A stretch of DNA of 64,000 nucleotides from positions 288,001 through 352,000 of the forward strand of contig CAWBKB010000005.1 in the NCBI GenBank assembly GCA_963789265.1. The letters run 5' to 3'. Positions 33,411 through 43,800 of the stretch are shown piece after piece (position 1 is the stretch's first letter; every line of letters starts with the position of its first letter). The notes beneath the pieces are model-generated. The model saw nothing but the letters and a program-made list of their open reading frames with translations. It was not told the origin of the DNA and did no database searches. The stretch comes from an uncultured delta proteobacterium. Its GTDB lineage: Bacteria; Desulfobacterota; Desulfomonilia; Desulfomonilales; Desulfomonilaceae. Made by a program: the position numbers and the translations under genes.

Positions 33411-35042
33411 ATGAGTCAAGAATATTCGACAAGTCCTGATGGGGAGAGGTTCCTTCTTCCTTCTGAAGCGGACTATGAAATAGAATTACAACGACTGGAA
33501 AAAGTTGTCGAAATTAACAGGGCCAGGGGCCGGGAGATCGTGGTAGTCCTGGGAATGGGATTCGTGGGTGCGGTGATGGCGGCAGTGATAGCCGATTCGA
33601 CTGATGAGACCGGCAATTCGGGCAAGTTCGTTATCGGAGTCCAGAGGCCGAGTACTCGGAGCTACTGGAAGATTCTCCTCCTGAATCGTGGATTGGCCCC
33701 CATGAAATCCGAGGACCCGGAAGTTCCAGAAATTATCCACCGATGCGTCGTAGATAAGGAGACGCTGACAGCCTCTTACACGTACAAGGCACTGTCTCTT
33801 GCCGACGTCGTGGTCGTCGATGTCCAGTGCGACTACGTAAAGAAATCTTTAAAAGACGTAAGCACCGGCTACGTTCAGATGGAGGATCTAGAAAAAGCTC
33901 TCGAGATCACAGGAGAGCTAATTCAGCCCGAGGCGCTGGTGCTGATTGAAACAACCGTTCCGCCGGGCACCACTGAACAGGTGGCTTACCCCCTTATAAA
34001 GAAAGCCTTCCACAAACGCGGCATCGAATCGGAACCCTTAATTGCGCATAGCTACGAACGCGTCATGCCGGGGGCCAATTACGTGGCTTCTATCAGAAAT
34101 TTCTGGAGAGTGTGCAGCGGAATCAATCCGGCATCAAAGGAACGAGTAGTAAAATTTCTCAACGAGGTCATCGACACAAAGAACCACCCGCTTACCGTCC
34201 TGGATCGACCCATTGAATCCGAGACTGCGAAGATCGTGGAGAATAGCTACAGGGCCACAATTCTAGGTTTTCTCAACGAATGGAGCCTGTTCGCCGAGCG
34301 CAACGGGATAGATCTGATAAAGGTAATTGACGCCATCAAGGTCAGGCCCACCCACTCTAACATCATATTCCCCGGGCCTGGGATCGGCGGATACTGCCTC
34401 CCCAAGGATGGCGGACTGGCGGTATGGGCATACAAGCACCTGATGGGCTTCGAGGACGAATTATTCAAAATGACGCCGCTAGCGATAAATATTAATGATA
34501 CCAGATCGCTGCACGTGCCGGAACTTTGTAGGGACGCGCTGCGTAATATGGGTCGTTACATTGCAGCTTCCCGCGTGACTTTACTCGGGGCCTCCTACAG
34601 AGAGGATGTGGGCGACACCAGATATAGCGGGTCCGAAATCATCGTGCGCCGACTAGTGGAGATGGGAGCAGATGTGTGCGTTCACGATCCGTACGTCGAT
34701 CACTGGTGGGAGTTTGAGGTCCAGGACACCTATCCAGCCCCGGGAACAAGCAGGGCCCAGTTTTTCAGGGGACAGAAAAAGCTGACCTCGCTGTGCGTTG
34801 AGCCTGATCTGTGGCAAGCCCTTAAAGGTGCAGATGTGATGATACTGGCTGTGCGCCACAAACAATTCAAGGATCTCGACCCGGAGCAGGTTGTTCAAGC
34901 TGTTGGAGAGCCGCTGGCCGTCATAGATTGCTTCGGACTTCTCGACGATGTGAAGATAAAGCGTTACTTTGAGTTAGGGTGTGAAGTCAAAGGCCTTGGC
35001 CGCGGCCACATTAATCGGCTAAAAAAGTTGTACAAGAAATGA
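33411..35042 (+). CDS. Nucleotide-sugar (UDP-glucose/GDP-mannose family) dehydrogenase
   Basis: GMGFVG, ETTVPPGTT, ERVMPG, AKIVENSYR, GIGGYCLPKD. Confidence 0.9.
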   Translation: MSQEYSTSPDGERFLLPSEADYEIELQRLEKVVEINRARGREIVVVLGMGFVGAVMAAVIADSTDETGNSGKFVIGVQRPSTRSYWKILLLNRGLAPMKSEDPEVPEIIHRCVVDKETLTASYTYKALSLADVVVVDVQCDYVKKSLKDVSTGYVQMEDLEKALEITGELIQPEALVLIETTVPPGTTEQVAYPLIKKAFHKRGIESEPLIAHSYERVMPGANYVASIRNFWRVCSGINPASKERVVKFLNEVIDTKNHPLTVLDRPIESETAKIVENSYRATILGFLNEWSLFAERNGIDLIKVIDAIKVRPTHSNIIFPGPGIGGYCLPKDGGLAVWAYKHLMGFEDELFKMTPLAININDTRSLHVPELCRDALRNMGRYIAASRVTLLGASYREDVGDTRYSGSEIIVRRLVEMGADVCVHDPYVDHWWEFEVQDTYPAPGTSRAQFFRGQKKLTSLCVEPDLWQALKGADVMILAVRHKQFKDLDPEQVVQAVGEPLAVIDCFGLLDDVKIKRYFELGCEVKGLGRGHINRLKKLYKK

Positions 35043-35098
35043 CGGGTGGCCCCCAGCGGCACGCGGGCGCCCTCACCAAATCGTTTCTTCCGCCACCA

Positions 35099-35906
35099 CT
35101 ATTGGGAATTGCAATATCGCTCTGCCGTTTCAGCTCTCAGCCTCAGCACCGGTTCCTGGAAAAGGGCGAACTTTAGCCATTGAAACGCGAATTCCAGAAG
35201 TTTGAAATCATTCTGACGCAGACTCTCCACGAGTTTCTTGATCAATGTCGAACTTCTGAAGAAAAGGGCTCTTGAAGATGAAATCACGAAATTTCTCGGT
35301 ATTGTAACATGCCATCGTGAACATCTGAATATGCTGAGGCCCGAAAGCAATTCCACGACGGCCGGCCCTGAGAACATGAAGCTCCATCAAGAGATCATTC
35401 AGCCTGTTGTATTCTTCCATCCCTTGGTCTGCAAGCCATCCCCCCACTGTCCACTGCCGGTTCTGCTCAAAACCTCGGCAGTGGTCTTCCCGAACAGAGA
35501 AGTAGAATTCTCTTGGTGCCCCGTCCATCGGATGCTTGGTTGCGGCCCGGCCTAGAGGATAAATCCTGCACGCGCCGGGACGATCTTCGTAAACAGAGCA
35601 ACCCTTCGGGGTAACGAACGGGCACCGGTTGCCATGCTCAGAGTCCATCTGCATCATAATCTCGGGGAACCCTTGGCCTGGGGCCCATCGCATAACTGAA
35701 TACGAATCCAAAAATTCCGAAGAGGGAATCTCGAGCCTTTTTCTGAGCCGCAGAACATCGTAGGGCGTAAGTAACAGGTCCAATCTTTGACAGCATTCGG
35801 TGAAGCAAGGAACTTCCGGACCGCAAGCGAATTCAAACCTATCATCAAGGGATAACTTGGTGTCCACGTCCACAATCGGTCCGACTCCTCGCGCAAGGTT
35901 TCCCAT
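35099..35906 (-). CDS. YkgJ-family cysteine-cluster protein (+1 indel at about 35235)
   Basis: C..CFTECC, LTPYD, CPF..GCSVYEDRPGACRIYP, HCRG; tail continues LVESLRQND..WLKF in the next frame. Confidence 0.85.
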
Positions 35907-36008
35907 TAATTACGCTCCTATTTCGTTCATAGAAAATGCTGAAAGCTGCGACCTACTTCGTGTTCCACGGCCTTGCAACCTTGGAAACTGAAAGGAGGCA
36001 TAGTGCTG

Positions 36009-36563
36009 TTAATCGCGGGATCGGCTGCCGAGAAAACGCGCGAAGTCCAACAAGCCGGGGAAAAACATATCTGCGTCTTCATGTTCTTCCGGACCTACAC
36101 AGACGGTTTGTACTCCGGCTCCGCGTCCCGCGCAAACATCCGATGGGGAATCTCCCACCATATACGAGGCCGCGAGATCAATGTTCAGATCTCGACTTGC
36201 TGCCAGGATCATACCCGGTTCGGGCTTTCGACAAGCGCAATATTCGAATTCCTCGTGGGGGCAATGGTAAATCGCATCCAGGGCTGTACACTGTTTTCGC
36301 AACTCGTCCTGCATGTATTCATGCACCTCCTCGAGGTCCCGGTCGGTCATGAATCCTCGTGCTATACCTCTCTGATTGGTTATCAAGACCAGTAGAAATC
36401 CTAGCTGCTTGAGTGTGGACAAGGCTTCCAGGACCCCCGGAAGGAAGTGAAATTCCGAGATTTTCGTTATGTAAGGCTTTTCCGGTAACTTGCGGTTGAT
36501 GACACCATCACGGTCAAGGAACACCGCTTTCTGAGGCTTTGGCAAATCAGCAATCTGTTTCAT
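36009..36563 (-). CDS. gmhB: D-glycero-D-manno-heptose 1,7-bisphosphate phosphatase
   Basis: FLDRDGVIN, TNQRG, CPH..CACRKPEPGM, VGDSPSD. Confidence 0.88.
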   Translation of the reverse strand: MKQIADLPKPQKAVFLDRDGVINRKLPEKPYITKISEFHFLPGVLEALSTLKQLGFLLVLITNQRGIARGFMTDRDLEEVHEYMQDELRKQCTALDAIYHCPHEEFEYCACRKPEPGMILAASRDLNIDLAASYMVGDSPSDVCAGRGAGVQTVCVGPEEHEDADMFFPGLLDFARFLGSRSRD

Positions 36564-37062
36564 GGGATTTCCGTTCGGGTGCCCCGATTTGCCGCGGGCA
36601 GTCGTACTGTTTCCGGTTTTCACGACAGGATCATAGAGGTCGCCGACGCTCAGGTCAAGCGCTGCATGCGAGTTTCCGCACCCGGCGAAGTTCTTCAGAC
36701 GCCACATGAACTGCGTTGAGAACCGCGCTGGGCACCCGGGCACGGAATTCTGAGCCAGTTACAAAAAGGCCGCAGAGACCTAATTTCGATGGAATTCATA
36801 ATGGGATTGACTGCCGTTTCTCCCTGGCGCATTTCGCTGAACCCTTTGCAAACCCGCGTGGCAACAGACGAAAGCCGAATCCAAGATTCCGCTCAACCCT
36901 TGTGCCAGCTATTAGAGATACTCATAAGAAATTAGATCAGGTTTATTAACAACTTAAAACTATCTCAGGACGCATCTTCAATGTTTTTGAAGAATTTACT
37001 TGACATAATGTCGATATTGAATAATTACGTCGTCCCAGGACATTCGATCAAGGAGGGAGGGT

Positions 37063-38206
37063 ATGGTGATAATAAAGCCCTTTAAGGTATTGGTTTGTCT
37101 TGCGATTATCTTAACGTTCACCAGCAACCCAAGAGGATGGGGGTATAGCAGCCCTGACCTTTCAGGCGGCGTCCAAGGCGATGCTTTGTCTGCTGAACCT
37201 GCTCCGCCGCCCAGTCGGCAATACCGTTCTCCATCCACGCCAGTGGTTCATTCACATAGCACTCACCGCGCAGTGAGGCGGACGACGCGTCATCGAGTGA
37301 TCGAGTCCGCCCCGGTTTATAGATCTCAACAAGTGGTCTCTACTGCTCCGCCGAGCTACCCACTGCCGCGGCCAACTTCTACTCCCCCGATGTACCAGGG
37401 ATATGGCTTGTTTCAACAGGGTGTACCCCTTGGACCAACTGCCTGTCGCCCCCGCGGACCTACTATGTTCCTGCCAAGGATCGGCTGTAAGCAGTTCCAG
37501 CTCGATGCGGCACTCTGGTATGCGCACCTTGACGGGAGCAGCATCATCTACGGCACAGACTTTCTGGGCCTGCCGGGAACGGAGCTTGATCTTCACAACA
37601 ACCTCGGTCTAAGCGCTCATCAGTACATACCTGAATATTCAGCAAGATGTCAGCTTCGGCCCAACTGGGGCATTGAATTCTCGTTCATGCCGATTCGGTT
37701 CAGGGACAATTCTACCCCGGTTAACCCATTCTTCTTCGGTTACGCCTTATATCCTGCATTTGATCCGATTCTGACCCAATGGGATAGGTACATATACCGC
37801 TGGGACGTGATTTATAACTGGTTCCAGGCTTGCCATGCGGTTTCCGGCATATTCGCCGGGTACAGCCTATACGATGACAAGCTGACGGTGAGTGACGACT
37901 TTCAGAGCCGTAGTCGATCAACGGGCTTCGGATTGGCGTACACGGGCATGAGCATCGAGAGAGTCATACGCAATTTCTGTGGAGGGACTGCATCTTGCAA
38001 TTGCAGGTGGTCTGTGCAGTTTCTCGAGGGATACTTCGGTTGGGACGGCTATTGTGCCGGACGGCTGGCCGTACCAATGCAGAAAGGGCGCTTCGGTTAC
38101 ATCGAGGCAGGTTGGAGATGGATCGTCCTTCGAGCGCGACTATCCGTCCAACGAGGACAAGACCAGTCTGGACGGACTCATCGGAAGGGTAGGACTTGTC
38201 TTCTGA
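37063..38206 (+). CDS. Hypothetical Cys-rich outer-membrane beta-barrel-type protein (paralog B; +1 indel at about 38130)
   Basis: Signal-like N-terminus, Pro/Arg linker, QLRPNWGI, GRFGYIEAGWR, corrected end LDGLIGRVGLVF. Confidence 0.75.
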
Positions 38207-38276
38207 GCATCTGAGCTCTAATGGATGCCGAGGAGACCGGAGGTTGGGGAATACTACGAGAATGAAGGGAAGGGGC

Positions 38277-38395
38277 CGGCTGTCGCTTCAGGTTTCCGGT
38301 GGATTCCGGCGGACGCACTCCTTCTAACGGTTGAATGTCCAGCAACCCGCGGCAACAGGTAATCCCTGGAATCCGCACCGAAACCGGCGACACCG
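38277..38395 (+). ncRNA. Candidate ~120-nt rod-like structured RNA in a 3' UTR
   Basis: TGTCGC/GCGACA, GGTTTC/GAAACC, GGTG/CACC, GATTCC/GGAATC, GGTTG/CAACC. Confidence 0.45.
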
Positions 38396-38400
38396 TGAAA

Positions 38401-38427
38401 GAGCCCGGCCAAGAGGCCGGGCTTCTT
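38401..38427 (+). terminator. Terminator-like hairpin
   Basis: GAGCCCGGCC-AAGA-GGCCGGGCTT then CTT; short U tract. Confidence 0.6.
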
Positions 38428-38486
38428 AATTCGAGGCTACAATGTCAAATGGAAACGTGTGGTACAACATCTTCGCGGCATTTCAC

Positions 38487-38515
38487 TTGACACTTGCCAG
38501 ACTGAATGGTAGAAA
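38487..38515 (+). promoter_or_regulatory. sigma70 promoter of rplM-rpsI
   Basis: TTGACA-17 nt-TAGAAA with an extended -10 TGn. Confidence 0.7.
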
Positions 38516-38545
38516 AAATAGTTTACATGCGTGGAGAGGTGTTCC

Positions 38546-38974
38546 ATGAAAACCTGGACCCCTAAAAAAGGGGAAGTCGAACGAAAATGGTTCGTCATAG
38601 ACGCCAAGGATAAAGTCCTGGGGCGGGTTGCCGCTGAAATCGCTCGAATCCTGAGGGGGAAGCACAAGCCTCAATTCGCCCCCCATATGGACACCGGCGA
38701 TTTTGTAATCATTGTAAATGCATCCAAAGTGCGTCTCACAGGCAAGAAGCTCCAGCAGAAGACCTACTACCGCCACAGTGGATATCCAGGGGGACTTAGG
38801 TCCACCAGTGCTGAAAAACTGCTCAAGGAAAAACCTGAAAGAGTCTTTCGCCTGGCAGTGAGGGGCATGCTGCCGAAGAATACTCTCGGGCGGGCTCAAT
38901 TGACCAAATTGAAGGTTTATCCGGATGAATCACATCCGCATTCCGCTCAAAAGCCCGCGCCTTATCAGCTTTAG
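38546..38974 (+). CDS. rplM: 50S ribosomal protein L13
   Basis: [39 protein letters not shown]. Confidence 0.98.
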   Translation: MKTWTPKKGEVERKWFVIDAKDKVLGRVAAEIARILRGKHKPQFAPHMDTGDFVIIVNASKVRLTGKKLQQKTYYRHSGYPGGLRSTSAEKLLKEKPERVFRLAVRGMLPKNTLGRAQLTKLKVYPDESHPHSAQKPAPYQL

Positions 38975-38989
38975 TTCCGGAGAAGCAAC

Positions 38990-39382
38990 ATGAGTGACGA
39001 TCGCCACTATGCGACAGGGAAAAGAAAAAACGCGATAGCCAGGGTATGGCTGACGGCCGGCTCGGGTAAAATCGTAGTAAACCAGCGTCCCTTGGATGAT
39101 TATTTCGGCCGTCAAACCTCCAGAATGGTCCTTTTGCAGCCGTTCGAACTGACCCAGACACTCGGGCACTTCGATATTATAGCCACTGTTCGTGGCGGCG
39201 GCCTCTCAGGTCAAGCGGGGGCAATTAAGCACGGCATCAGCAAAGCCCTGCTCGATGTGGATCCCGCTTTCCGTTCAATCCTGAAAAGCGCCGGGTTTCT
39301 CACCCGAGATTCCCGTATCAAGGAACGCAAGAAATATGGGAGACGCGGTGCACGGGCAAGCTTCCAGTTTTCAAAGCGCTGA
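38990..39382 (+). CDS. rpsI: 30S ribosomal protein S9
   Basis: [35 protein letters not shown]. Confidence 0.98.
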   Translation: MSDDRHYATGKRKNAIARVWLTAGSGKIVVNQRPLDDYFGRQTSRMVLLQPFELTQTLGHFDIIATVRGGGLSGQAGAIKHGISKALLDVDPAFRSILKSAGFLTRDSRIKERKKYGRRGARASFQFSKR

Positions 39383-39420
39383 TACCCTCCGAAATCCGTC
39401 CTGTTCATCATGCATATATC

Positions 39421-39447
39421 GGGGCCCCGGTTTCGCCGGGGTCTCTT
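39421..39447 (+). terminator. Hairpin after rpsI
   Basis: GGGGCCCCGG-TTTCG-CCGGGGTCTC-TT. Confidence 0.5.
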
Positions 39448-39534
39448 CCGCTGACACAGCAGTCGAATTTATTATGCCGTTAGCGCCGGAAATCCTTTTT
39501 CCCCATTCGCCGTAACCCTTGACCGCATGACCGA

Positions 39535-40323
39535 TTACTGACGCGCGTCGAGCGAGATGCCACGGAACTCGGTTATGATTGCTTCCATAACCGGTCCCGC
39601 TTTTCCTCTGATTATGACATTCATGAGCCGATCGTAAGGGGTCTCGGACAGATTTATCAGGATTAGGTCCGCCCCACCTCGTTTCGCTTCAACGGGCAAC
39701 GAAGCTGCCGGCTGGACCACCAGAGAAGATCCTATAGTGAAGAAGAGGTCGCAGTTGCGAGCTAAAATAAACGATCTCTCCAGAATATCCGCAGGCAGCG
39801 ATTGTCCGAAAGCGATGGTCGCGCACTTTAGCGGCCCGCCGCAGTGCTTGCAATAAGCGACTTCAATCCCTTCCCGATCCATCTCTTCGGTGATTTCCTC
39901 CCGCGGCCATCGAGCATGGCAGTCCAGGCAAGTGATCTCCCGCACCGTGCCGTGAAGCTCGTAAACCTTCTCCGCCGAACTACCCGCTTTCTGATGGAGG
40001 CTGTCAATGTTCTGTGTGACGATGGCTGAAAGACGGCCGCTTTTTTCAATTTCCACTACAGCTTTGTGCGCGGAATTTGGAATCGCATCTCTCATGGCGG
40101 GATATCTGGCACGGTCATAATCCCAGTAAATTTTACGATACTTTTCGTTCGAGCGGAATTTTTGGTAGGTCAAATCGTCAGCATTGTATTGAGACCAGAT
40201 CCCCCCAGGTGATCTGAAATCCGGAACCCCCGACTCCGTGGACATCCCTGCTCCTGTGAAGACAACAATCTTCTTTGCTCCGTATATCAGTCGTGCGGCG
40301 GTCTTTATGCCTTCGTCGGCCAT
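39535..40323 (-). CDS. cobB: Sir2-family NAD-dependent deacylase
   Basis: TGAGMSTESGVPDFRS, TQNID, ELHG, CxxC..CxxC, GSSLVVQPAA; start uncertain (40323 or 40332). Confidence 0.92.
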   Translation of the reverse strand: MADEGIKTAARLIYGAKKIVVFTGAGMSTESGVPDFRSPGGIWSQYNADDLTYQKFRSNEKYRKIYWDYDRARYPAMRDAIPNSAHKAVVEIEKSGRLSAIVTQNIDSLHQKAGSSAEKVYELHGTVREITCLDCHARWPREEITEEMDREGIEVAYCKHCGGPLKCATIAFGQSLPADILERSFILARNCDLFFTIGSSLVVQPAASLPVEAKRGGADLILINLSETPYDRLMNVIIRGKAGPVMEAIITEFRGISLDARQ

Positions 40324-40411
40324 CGTAATCATATCCAAATGTCCGCTGGGCTTGGCGCCTCTCAAAGTAACCCGACCCTATTGCTCGCAAAATGGTTTAC
40401 CTATTCAAACC

Positions 40412-40696
40412 CTAGTGGAGTGGGAACATGTATCGCCTTCCCTCCTGCTTCTTCCGAGGAGGAACCCTACAGTTAGCTCTTCTCATCTCTATTTGAAGCG
40501 CCACAATCTTGTCCAATATTTCCACGAGCCCGTCAAAGGTTATACCACCCGACTTGTCAGAAGCGCTGTTTGCATAGGTTTTATATTCGAGCCTGAGTTC
40601 GGCCAATTCCTTATTGAACTGAATGCAACTCTTCGCGTCCGCGGCAGGGGAAAAGAAAAGAATAATCGGTACCAACGCCGCTGCAATCTTTATCAT
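40412..40696 (-). CDS. Small secreted helical protein with two Cys
   Basis: Signal peptide ending ADA; GAGGA RBS; 94 aa. Confidence 0.65.
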   Translation of the reverse strand: MIKIAAALVPIILFFSPAADAKSCIQFNKELAELRLEYKTYANSASDKSGGITFDGLVEILDKIVALQIEMRRANCRVPPRKKQEGRRYMFPLH

Positions 40697-40843
40697 CGTT
40701 TCCTCAAATCAGCACAGGTTCAGAAACCGACTCTCAGAAGCATGTTAGATTTTCAGCCTGCACAGCACAATACCCCTGGAAGCAATTGGCGACGTTTTGC
40801 CCGGCTCAAGAAGAATATGCTTTTCGCAGTTTTCGTATTGTAA

Positions 40844-43800
40844 TTAAAAATGTAGCAGTTTCTTCCACGCGGACGGAGTCTTGATGCCCGGGTCGTCTGT
40901 GTCACTTTTGCCGGCATTAAGATCTGTACCTTACTTTCCAATTTCCCATGAGGATGAAAGGCCCCCAATAAAAGGGATGGCTCGTGCTCGGATCCTTCAG
41001 AAGGGTAAGCTTGGCTTGGCGCAACGCTTCAGCCTTGGAGCCTTTCTTGAGATTGCGGTACATTTCTATAAACAGCCGTGCCGTGCTTTCGTCGTTCACC
41101 TGCCATGTGCTCAGGATTACCGCATCGGTTCCTGCGAAGAGAAACGCTCGGGAAAGGCTGAGTAGGCCGTTGGCCTCACCGGGGTTCCACTTTCCCGGAG
41201 ACAGGCAAGAGGAAACCACCACAAGATCGGAATTGAGCTTGAGGCCAAAGACTTCTCCAAGTTGGAGGAAACCGTCATTTTCTCTGTCACCGAAAAGCGA
41301 AAAAACTATCGCCGGCTGCTGCTGCAATCTACCTACTCCGCTGAGAAGCAAACCGTGGGTGGCGAGATGAATGTATTTGTAGCGACTCAGGTCGGCCTTC
41401 TTGAAGAGCGTTTCAGTGGCTTGGGCCCCGAGGTACGTCTGCGTAGGCCCCCCGATTATCTTCACAATTTCGGAGATCTCCCGGCGAGCCCCTGGCAACG
41501 GCTTTAGTTCCGATCCTCTTGATCCGGAAGAATCACCGGCCAGCGAACTTATTAGCTTCTCGGCACCGGGGTTGAGCTTCCGCTTCTTTTCTTCATCCCG
41601 ATAAATCGCATCTCCAAAAGCTACCAGATTCCAGCCGGGAACACGGTCACTCTTTCTTGCTCGAAGGCTGGAGAGCACGGAGACGGAAGGGGCATAAGCG
41701 AATGCATACTTCTCCAACAAATACGACGGGGGGTCCTTTGCGGACCAGAATCGTTTGTCCGCATGTTCCTTCGAGTCAACGAGGATTTCAAAGGGGAGTG
41801 CGGCAAGCGGTCCGTGCGGAATCACCACTACGGTTTTCTTTCCGGCAAGGAAATATTCTAGCGGTTTGATCAAGTAGAAGTAGAGACGATACGCGATCGA
41901 AGGGTCCCAGTTGCTTTGCGTATCAGCGTGGCGCAAGGGTCTCGTTAGAAGGTCGATATCCCTTTCCAAGTCCTTGCTGGAATATTCCACGGAATAGGTG
42001 TGGAACCGGTGCTTATCCAGGGCAAATATGTACGTTTCTGCTTCTGGTTACCATGAACTCCAAGATTGCTTCGTCGGGATCAATCACGTCCTTCTGGAGC
42101 TGGTGAACGGAGAGTGGCCTTGGATACCGCATCTCCGCATACGCGGGATATTCTTTGATTAGACGCTCTTTCAGGCTCGCGAATGCTCTTTCTTTGGCCC
42201 GACGCTCGTCGAGCAGCTTCTGGATTTGTGACTGCTCGGGCTTTCCGTTGGATAGTACCTCTGCGAAGCGCGCGTTGAGTTTTCGCAAACTAAGCCTCAG
42301 GCTTTTCTCTTTCACGAGCAAATCTTGGGGTAAGTCTGAAAAACGGTCCACATTGATGCGCGATAAGGTGTTCTCGAATTCCGCGGCCTTCAACTTTTCT
42401 ACGATTCTCAGCGCCTGATTGTCATACGCGCCTTCTGGATCTTTTTTCGCGAGAATCATCAGTACGCGCAAGGTGGTCTCAAAAAGAGCTGTTTTGCCCC
42501 CAAAGATAAAGTTGTCCTCGTCGGACTCTTCGATTATGTCAGCCTCCATGGCTTCAAGAATGGTGATGGCCTTCTTGTATGCCTCAAGCGCTTCGCCGTA
42601 GCTCCGCTTGCCTTCAAGAGCCCTACCCATGATAAAGTACGCTTTCCACAGCATGCTGCGATCTTCGGATGCATGGGCTATCTCGAAAGCCTTTTTAAGG
42701 TCCCCGACAGCTTCTTCAAAATTCCCGAGAATGGAAGTTACCAGAGCGATCTGGAGCAGATTTTCATCAACCCCTCGTTGATCGCCGAGTTTCGTTCGCA
42801 ATTCTTGAGCGCTGCTGTAGTGATCGAGTGCAATGCGCGGTCGTCCAAGAATTTGGTAGGAGGTTCCCATACGAGTCAGTACCGCGTGCTTCGGCGCGCT
42901 CATCCTTGGTTTCCCGCGCGAGGTTCAACGCTTTCGTCTGATATTTGAGTGCGCCTTCGACGTCCCCCAATTTGGTTAGGATGTCGCCCAAGCGGACCAA
43001 TTCACGCTTTTGCATTTTGAGATTGTTCGCGTCAGAGTCAACCCTCAGAGCGTCTTCAATGAACTCCTTAGCTTTGGCGTATTCGTCCATTTGGCAATAA
43101 ACATTGCCGATACGCGCATAAATGCGCCCAAGGGCAGCGTCGTTTCCGGGTACTTGAGCCATGGCCAGGGACTTGTAATAATACTCCAGCGCGCGCTCTA
43201 GGTCCCGGAAGCCCTCGTAAATTTCGCCGAGGTAGAACTCGAGGTCTCGGGATTGGGAAGGGGGGACGCCAAGTTCCGATCTTAGGTCCAGGGCTTCGTG
43301 GAGGCTGTGAAGGGCATTTTCATAATCTTCGGTCTTGACCTGGATCACTCCGATGCCGCCCAGCGCCCATAGTTCCCCCTTTCGATCGCCTTGCTCCTTC
43401 ATGGCGGCCAACGTCTCTCGAAGCAGAGAAAGGGCCTTGCTGTACTGCCCGGAATCCTCAAGGACAGACGCCATTTTCAAATGAATGGAAGAAACTAATT
43501 TGGCGTCTTCAATTTGGCGGCCCATATCCAGCGCTTGCTTTAGCAGTGACAAGGCCTTGGGAGAGTTCCCTTTTGCCCGCTGAAGCATCGCGAGTTCTGC
43601 CAGAATCGCCACATCACCACGTGGGTTTCGGATCCGTTTGTTCGCCTTTTCAGCTTCTCCAAGGGTCTCTGTGGCATTCTGCAGATCGCCCCTGGCCAGG
43701 TACAGTCTTCCCATGCTCACCAGATCGGTAGCCGTACCGCGGCTGTCCTGGATTTCACGGTGCAATTTGAGCGCATTGGTTAATTTCTCCAGGGCCGCGC

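Noticed and set aside
36845..36880. c-di-GMP-I riboswitch (GCAAAC...GACG.AAAGCC resemblance)
   Set aside because: The required stem around the GNRA loop does not pair and the second hairpin is missing.
38277..38395. SRP RNA or 6S RNA
   Set aside because: It lacks the SRP CAGG..GGAA..AGCAG motif and is shorter than a typical 6S, with no clear central bubble. Kept only as an unnamed structured-RNA candidate.
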